Source: a virus
Taxonomy: Duplodnaviria > Caudoviricetes
IMG/VR virus record: IMGVR_UViG_3300005527_000126
Coordinates: 1 to 37,775 of that record
Reading direction: 5' to 3' (one strand)
Length of the DNA: 37,775 nucleotides
The position numbers and the translations under genes are program-made. Of this stretch, positions 34,361-37,775 are shown piece by piece. Positions within the stretch are counted from its first letter, which is position 1; the number at the start of each line of letters is the position of its first letter. The notes below the pieces were generated by a model. That model worked only from the letters and a program-made list of their open reading frames with translations, was not told the DNA's origin and ran no database searches.

Positions 34361-34810
34361 ATGAAATCAAAACCACACGACTACCTAAAATTTTGGCGGG
34401 TAATCCGCTATTACGTAAAAGCCAAACACAAGTTAAGTCAGGCCGACCTTGACATTATCCTGTTCTTATACTCTGAAGGATACTTCGGACAAGATTCTTT
34501 TGAAAAATTTGTTGAACTTGTAAGTTGGGACATTAACCGATTCAAACGTCTGAAGCGTGAAGGATGGATAGAACTCTTCAGAAAAAGAAGCGGAAAGAAA
34601 CGGGCGCTTTATCAGTTAAGTTATAAAGCTACCCGTCTTGTACTTGACATTTACAGAAAACTAAACGGGGAAGAAATCCCCGTTAGTAAGTCTGCTAACC
34701 CTATGTTTTTAAAGAATGTGTCTTATAACGATAAGGTATACCGTAACATGATTCTTGAAATGAATGCTTATAACCGAGCGCAAAACAAACTCAAGAAAAC
34801 TGACGATTAG
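34361..34810 (+). CDS. Winged helix-turn-helix (MarR-like) putative transcription regulator (149 aa; start MKSKPH at 34361)
   Basis: Motifs KLSQADLDIILFLY, RFKRLKREGWIELFR and ALYQLSYKATRLV follow the MarR pattern (L.RL...G.I.R...Y.LT.KG). AATTAAATCAAATG leader. Only credible plus-strand gene in the window. Confidence 0.6.
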   Translation: MKSKPHDYLKFWRVIRYYVKAKHKLSQADLDIILFLYSEGYFGQDSFEKFVELVSWDINRFKRLKREGWIELFRKRSGKKRALYQLSYKATRLVLDIYRKLNGEEIPVSKSANPMFLKNVSYNDKVYRNMILEMNAYNRAQNKLKKTDD

Positions 34811-35064
34811 ATAACCACTACTACGTCACGTTCAGATATAATCGTGAACTGCTCGTCATTAATGAGCATAGTGAAGCTGTGCGACTTGTCATAATACAGG
34901 TCGTCACCTTCGTCAATAACACTCACGTCAGTTCCGGGTGCTACCACTGTCGCTCTTTTGTAGCGCAGTTGATTGGTATCCTCACCCGACAGTATCAATC
35001 CGGACTCAGTCTTTATCGACTCAGCCACGTCCTTCACTACGATATACTTTCCAATTGGTCTCAT
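34807..35064 (-). CDS. groES: Co-chaperonin GroES/Cpn10-like (85 aa)
   Basis: Motifs MRPIGKYIVVK, mobile loop KTESGLILS, ATVVAPG, EGDDLYY and IISERDVVVV; adjacent to groEL. Confidence 0.85.
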   Translation of the reverse strand: MRPIGKYIVVKDVAESIKTESGLILSGEDTNQLRYKRATVVAPGTDVSVIDEGDDLYYDKSHSFTMLINDEQFTIISERDVVVVI

Positions 35065-35072
35065 ACTTGGTT

Positions 35073-36689
35073 TTATTGCTGCTCGTAAGACCGAGCCATT
35101 GTGATAATTGCGTTTGTACTGAGAATAGTGGTTGCTACGCTTACTGCGTTCTGCAGGGCTGACCGTGTCACCTTCAACGGGTCAATAACACCCATACCAA
35201 TCAGGTCTCCCATCTCTCCCGTCTTCAGATTGTAACCATGACCCATCGGAACCTCGCCTTTGTAAACCTCACTTGGTTTAAGTCCCGCATTGGTCAGTAT
35301 CTGCTGAAACGGAGCCATGAGTGCATTCCTTAAAATGTCAAGAGCAGCAGTATACTCCCGGCTCATACCATCGTGACCAACTAAAAATGCACTCTCCTCA
35401 AGCAGTGCTTTACCGGCACCGGGTAAGATACCTTCCTCTAACGCTGAACGGACAGCACATACTGCATCATCAACTCTATCATACAACTCCTTCTGCTCAA
35501 GGTCAGTCTGACCGCCCACAAAAATAACACCGATGCCACCACTGAGCGAAGCAATACGCTCCAAAATGAAGTCTTTGTCCGCTTTGCGTGTCGCTTGCTT
35601 ATGTGCGTCCCATAATTGAGCCACTCTCTCCTCCACCTGTGCCTCGTCACACTTAGCCGAACTGCGGATAATAACCGTTTTATCTTTTCCAATAATCACT
35701 TTTGCTGCATGGCCTAAGTCTCCATAGTTGATATGGCTTAAGTCGTCACCTGTTTTCTCGCTGAAGTAGGTAGCACCAACGCTGATAGCGATGTCCTGCA
35801 TCAACTCATGCTGCTTGTAACCAAAATTAGGAGGAGGAATCGCCACCACTTTCAGGTTTCCTTTCACGGTATTGGCCGCAAGCGTATTTACAACATTTGT
35901 ATTGCACGGAGATATAATCAACAGCTTCTTACCTTCTGTAATAATAGGCTTCAGCACGTTCTCAATCTGCAGGATATTTGAAATCTCAGTGTCAGCTACC
36001 AAGACCATCACATCCTCAAACACGCACTCATCTTTTTTGGCATCATTAATGAACAAAGGGCTCAGATACCCTCTGTCAATCTTCAATCCCTTGGTCGTCT
36101 CTGCATAAGTCTCAGCAGTTTGGCTGCGCTCAACCGTTACGATGCCGGTCTTGCCAACATCTTTATACACCTCAGAAATAATTTTACCTATCTCACGGTC
36201 ATTGTTCGCTGAAATAGAGGCCACGTCTAAGAGCATGGAGGCACTAACCTTTTTTGCTCTACGCCTTAACTTGTCCACCACCTTGTTACTCATGTCCACC
36301 ATATGCCTCAACACCTCCGTCCGGTTCATATCCTCTTTAATATGCTCAAGACCTCCAAGAACTAACCCTTCTGTCAACACAATAGCAGTTGTAGTTCCAT
36401 CACCGGCTGACGTTGCCGTCTTCTCTGCCGCCTCCTTCATCATCTTAACCGCAAGGTTCTCCGATGGGTCAAGCAGGTCAATAGACTTAGCAACAGTCAC
36501 ACCATCTTTGGTCACAGTGATGCCATGCGTGTGATACGGACTCTCAATCAGCACCGTATTGCCACCCGGCCCAAGCGTTGACTTGACCGCCTTCGACATC
36601 TTTACCACTCCATTGATTAACTTTTTACGGCCTGTATCGCCAAAGTCTAAGTTTTTTGGAGAATATCCCACTCCTGAGGTCTCAACCAT
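35073..36689 (-). CDS. groEL: Chaperonin GroEL/Cpn60 (start at 36689 or 36698)
   Basis: Motifs AVKSTLGPGG, TKDGVTVAKSI, AGDGTTTA, ISANND, GLKIDRGYLSPLF, ERIASLSGGIGVI, DDAVCAVRSALEEGILPGAG and GVIDPLKVTRSALQNAVSVA. No GGM tail. Confidence 0.95.
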   Translation of the reverse strand: MVETSGVGYSPKNLDFGDTGRKKLINGVVKMSKAVKSTLGPGGNTVLIESPYHTHGITVTKDGVTVAKSIDLLDPSENLAVKMMKEAAEKTATSAGDGTTTAIVLTEGLVLGGLEHIKEDMNRTEVLRHMVDMSNKVVDKLRRRAKKVSASMLLDVASISANNDREIGKIISEVYKDVGKTGIVTVERSQTAETYAETTKGLKIDRGYLSPLFINDAKKDECVFEDVMVLVADTEISNILQIENVLKPIITEGKKLLIISPCNTNVVNTLAANTVKGNLKVVAIPPPNFGYKQHELMQDIAISVGATYFSEKTGDDLSHINYGDLGHAAKVIIGKDKTVIIRSSAKCDEAQVEERVAQLWDAHKQATRKADKDFILERIASLSGGIGVIFVGGQTDLEQKELYDRVDDAVCAVRSALEEGILPGAGKALLEESAFLVGHDGMSREYTAALDILRNALMAPFQQILTNAGLKPSEVYKGEVPMGHGYNLKTGEMGDLIGMGVIDPLKVTRSALQNAVSVATTILSTNAIITMARSYEQQ

Positions 36690-36720
36690 TTGATTCATAC
36701 TTGATTTTATTTGTGATGTA

Positions 36721-36728
36721 CAAATATA
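36721..36728 (-). promoter_or_regulatory. Bacteroidota-type -7 promoter box TATATTTG for groEL-groES
   Basis: TAnnTTTG(TAC) 22-31 nt upstream of the candidate ATGs, with TTG 20 nt further upstream. Confidence 0.6.
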
Positions 36729-36801
36729 GTCAGTCAATAGTACATTAACAACCTTTTTTAGAAACACCATTACAGATTGGTGGCGTGGAACGCAGCCGGT
36801 G

Positions 36802-37104
36802 TGTCGATTTTTTTAAGGCCAATGTCGAATTTTGTCGACTTTATGACAAATATTTGAAGACTAAAAATCAATGAAACCCAATGCAGTAAATGGTTTTAGA
36901 AAAATACAGCAAAAAAACTGCTGCCAAAACATCACCCTCCCCTATATATATATATATATTCCCCCTCTCTCTATTATTTTTATTATTATAAACTTCTTTA
37001 TTTTTCGACATAATCGACATAAAAAGAATATAGTATTAATAACCAATTAGTTATAAAAATTAAAACGACATAAAAACGACATAAAAGAAGGGTATTCATG
37101 TCGA
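36802..37104. repeat. Non-coding array of inverted TGTCG/CGACA repeats around an AT-rich (TA)8 core
   Basis: TGTCGA at 36802, 36823, 36833 and 37099; CGACATAA at 37006, 37015, 37066 and 37077; (TA)8 at 36943-36958 flanked by C-rich tracts. Confidence 0.75.
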
Positions 37105-37123
37105 TTCTATCATGGACTGAAAT

Positions 37124-37151
37124 AAAAAAGGGAACCTAAGAATAGGCTCCC
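37124..37151 (-). terminator. Rho-independent terminator
   Basis: Minus strand reads GGGAGCCTA-TTCT-TAGGTTCCC followed by T6, 25 nt after the stop at 37177. Confidence 0.85.
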
Positions 37152-37176
37152 ACATTCACTAAATACAAAAACAAAC

Positions 37177-37434
37177 TCAATCCATCTCAGGACCTTCCAT
37201 CATCTCAGACTTAATGTTTCCCAAAAATACAGCCTCAGACATCATCTGAACCTTCTGAGAACGCTTCATGTCCTTACGAATCGAAGCAGCCTGAGCAATA
37301 CCGGTAATACCATCAGGACGATTGTTAATCTGCATACCACCACTCACACTTAAACCAAAACTCGCACCCTTCTGTTGGTATATACTATTCGACAAGTCCT
37401 TCTTGTAAACACTGTTACTGAATCTTAATTTCAT
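37177..37434 (-). CDS. Hypothetical protein (85 aa; start MKLRFS at 37434)
   Basis: ATG with an AT-rich leader and its own terminator. The longer ORF-track version starts at a non-ATG codon in apparently non-coding sequence. Confidence 0.6.
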   Translation of the reverse strand: MKLRFSNSVYKKDLSNSIYQQKGASFGLSVSGGMQINNRPDGITGIAQAASIRKDMKRSQKVQMMSEAVFLGNIKSEMMEGPEMD

Positions 37435-37734
37435 AAAATGATTTTTTAACGTGAAACATAAAGATAAAACTTTTTGAGATACAAGTACTGTTTGGGCTAT
37501 ATAGCGGTTTTGCGTTGCGGTGCTCGGACCGAAAGTCATTTTTTTTTCGACGGGTGGGGGTGCGTTTCTGAAAATTCCTTCAAACATTTTTGGCGTTTTC
37601 CATGGGCTGATATGTGAACGGGGAATAATCTGCCTTGCATCCTGCTGCTGCTGCTTCGTTTATCGTATGCAATACCCTATCTGCTTTGTTTTGCTTCGCT
37701 GCTGCTGCTGCTGCTACATTCTAAATGTGAAAAT

Positions 37735-37750
37735 GTGTCTTCAAAGACAC
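37735..37750. repeat. 16-bp palindromic motif, copy 4 (GTGTCTTCAAAGACAC, opposite orientation)
   Basis: Exact reverse complement of 13490-13505, in apparently non-coding DNA; extends to TGTGTCTTCAAAGACACA. Confidence 0.85.
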
Positions 37751-37775
37751 AGCGCACACCCTGAAAGGGGGCTTT

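Noticed and set aside
15272-35692. Alternative-frame minus-strand ORFs nested in scaffold, portal, terL, tandem GroES, fibre, holin and groEL genes
   Set aside because: They have mostly non-ATG or context-free starts and a composition typical of off-frame translation. 31881-32078 is displaced by the better 32002-32133 ORF.
355-36534. Many plus-strand ORFs of 60-154 aa in the ORF track
   Set aside because: They lie antisense to long, motif-bearing minus-strand genes and have no recognisable features. Only 34361-34810 is retained.
35073-36770. groEL-groES as host chromosomal DNA flanking a prophage
   Set aside because: The gene order is reversed, the sequence is divergent without a GGM tail, it has the same promoter and leader style as the phage genes, and no integrase, att site or housekeeping neighbours are present.
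36776-36800. tRNA or structured ncRNA near the small GCGT-GGA-ACGC hairpin
   Set aside because: Only a 4-bp stem is visible, with no cloverleaf or T-loop consensus. No tRNA was found by eye anywhere in the window.
36802-37104. CRISPR array
   Set aside because: The repeats are only 6-8 bp, irregularly spaced and in both orientations, with no spacers of constant length and no cas genes.
1-37775. Stop-codon reassignment (TAG or TGA recoding) as in some crAss-like phages
   Set aside because: Genes are full length and tightly packed under the standard code, and TAG and TGA both end genes at sensible places (capsid TAG TAG; ATGA overlaps).

Overview
The window is a piece of a tailed, podovirus-type bacteriophage genome, almost certainly infecting Bacteroidota: it has TAnnTTTG promoter boxes and A-rich translation starts without a Shine-Dalgarno. 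It is almost entirely the late/virion region on the minus strand. In transcription order (right to left) it holds a non-coding repeat region, groEL then groES, a cluster of small mostly basic proteins, a holin/M15 endolysin/u-spanin-like lysis cassette, a 1945-aa tail fibre with accessory genes, a tandem GroES-like protein, small and large terminase, portal, scaffold and major capsid protein. These are followed by tail ring/adaptor proteins, a tail nozzle that looks split over separate genes, a GNAT-like protein and ejection-type proteins, the last running off the left edge. The only convincing plus-strand gene is a winged-helix-like regulator. The main unexplained signals are (1) a 16-bp palindrome GTGTCTT(TG/CA)AAGACAC present four times, independent of reading frame, once as the stem of the capsid-gene terminator; (2) a three-part chaperonin set of GroEL, GroES and a double-GroES; (3) a terL with no ATG start that overlaps terS; (4) an origin- or pac-like array of inverted CGACA repeats around (TA)8; and (5) the split nozzle gene. 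All family assignments come from motif recognition and gene order; no database search was run.
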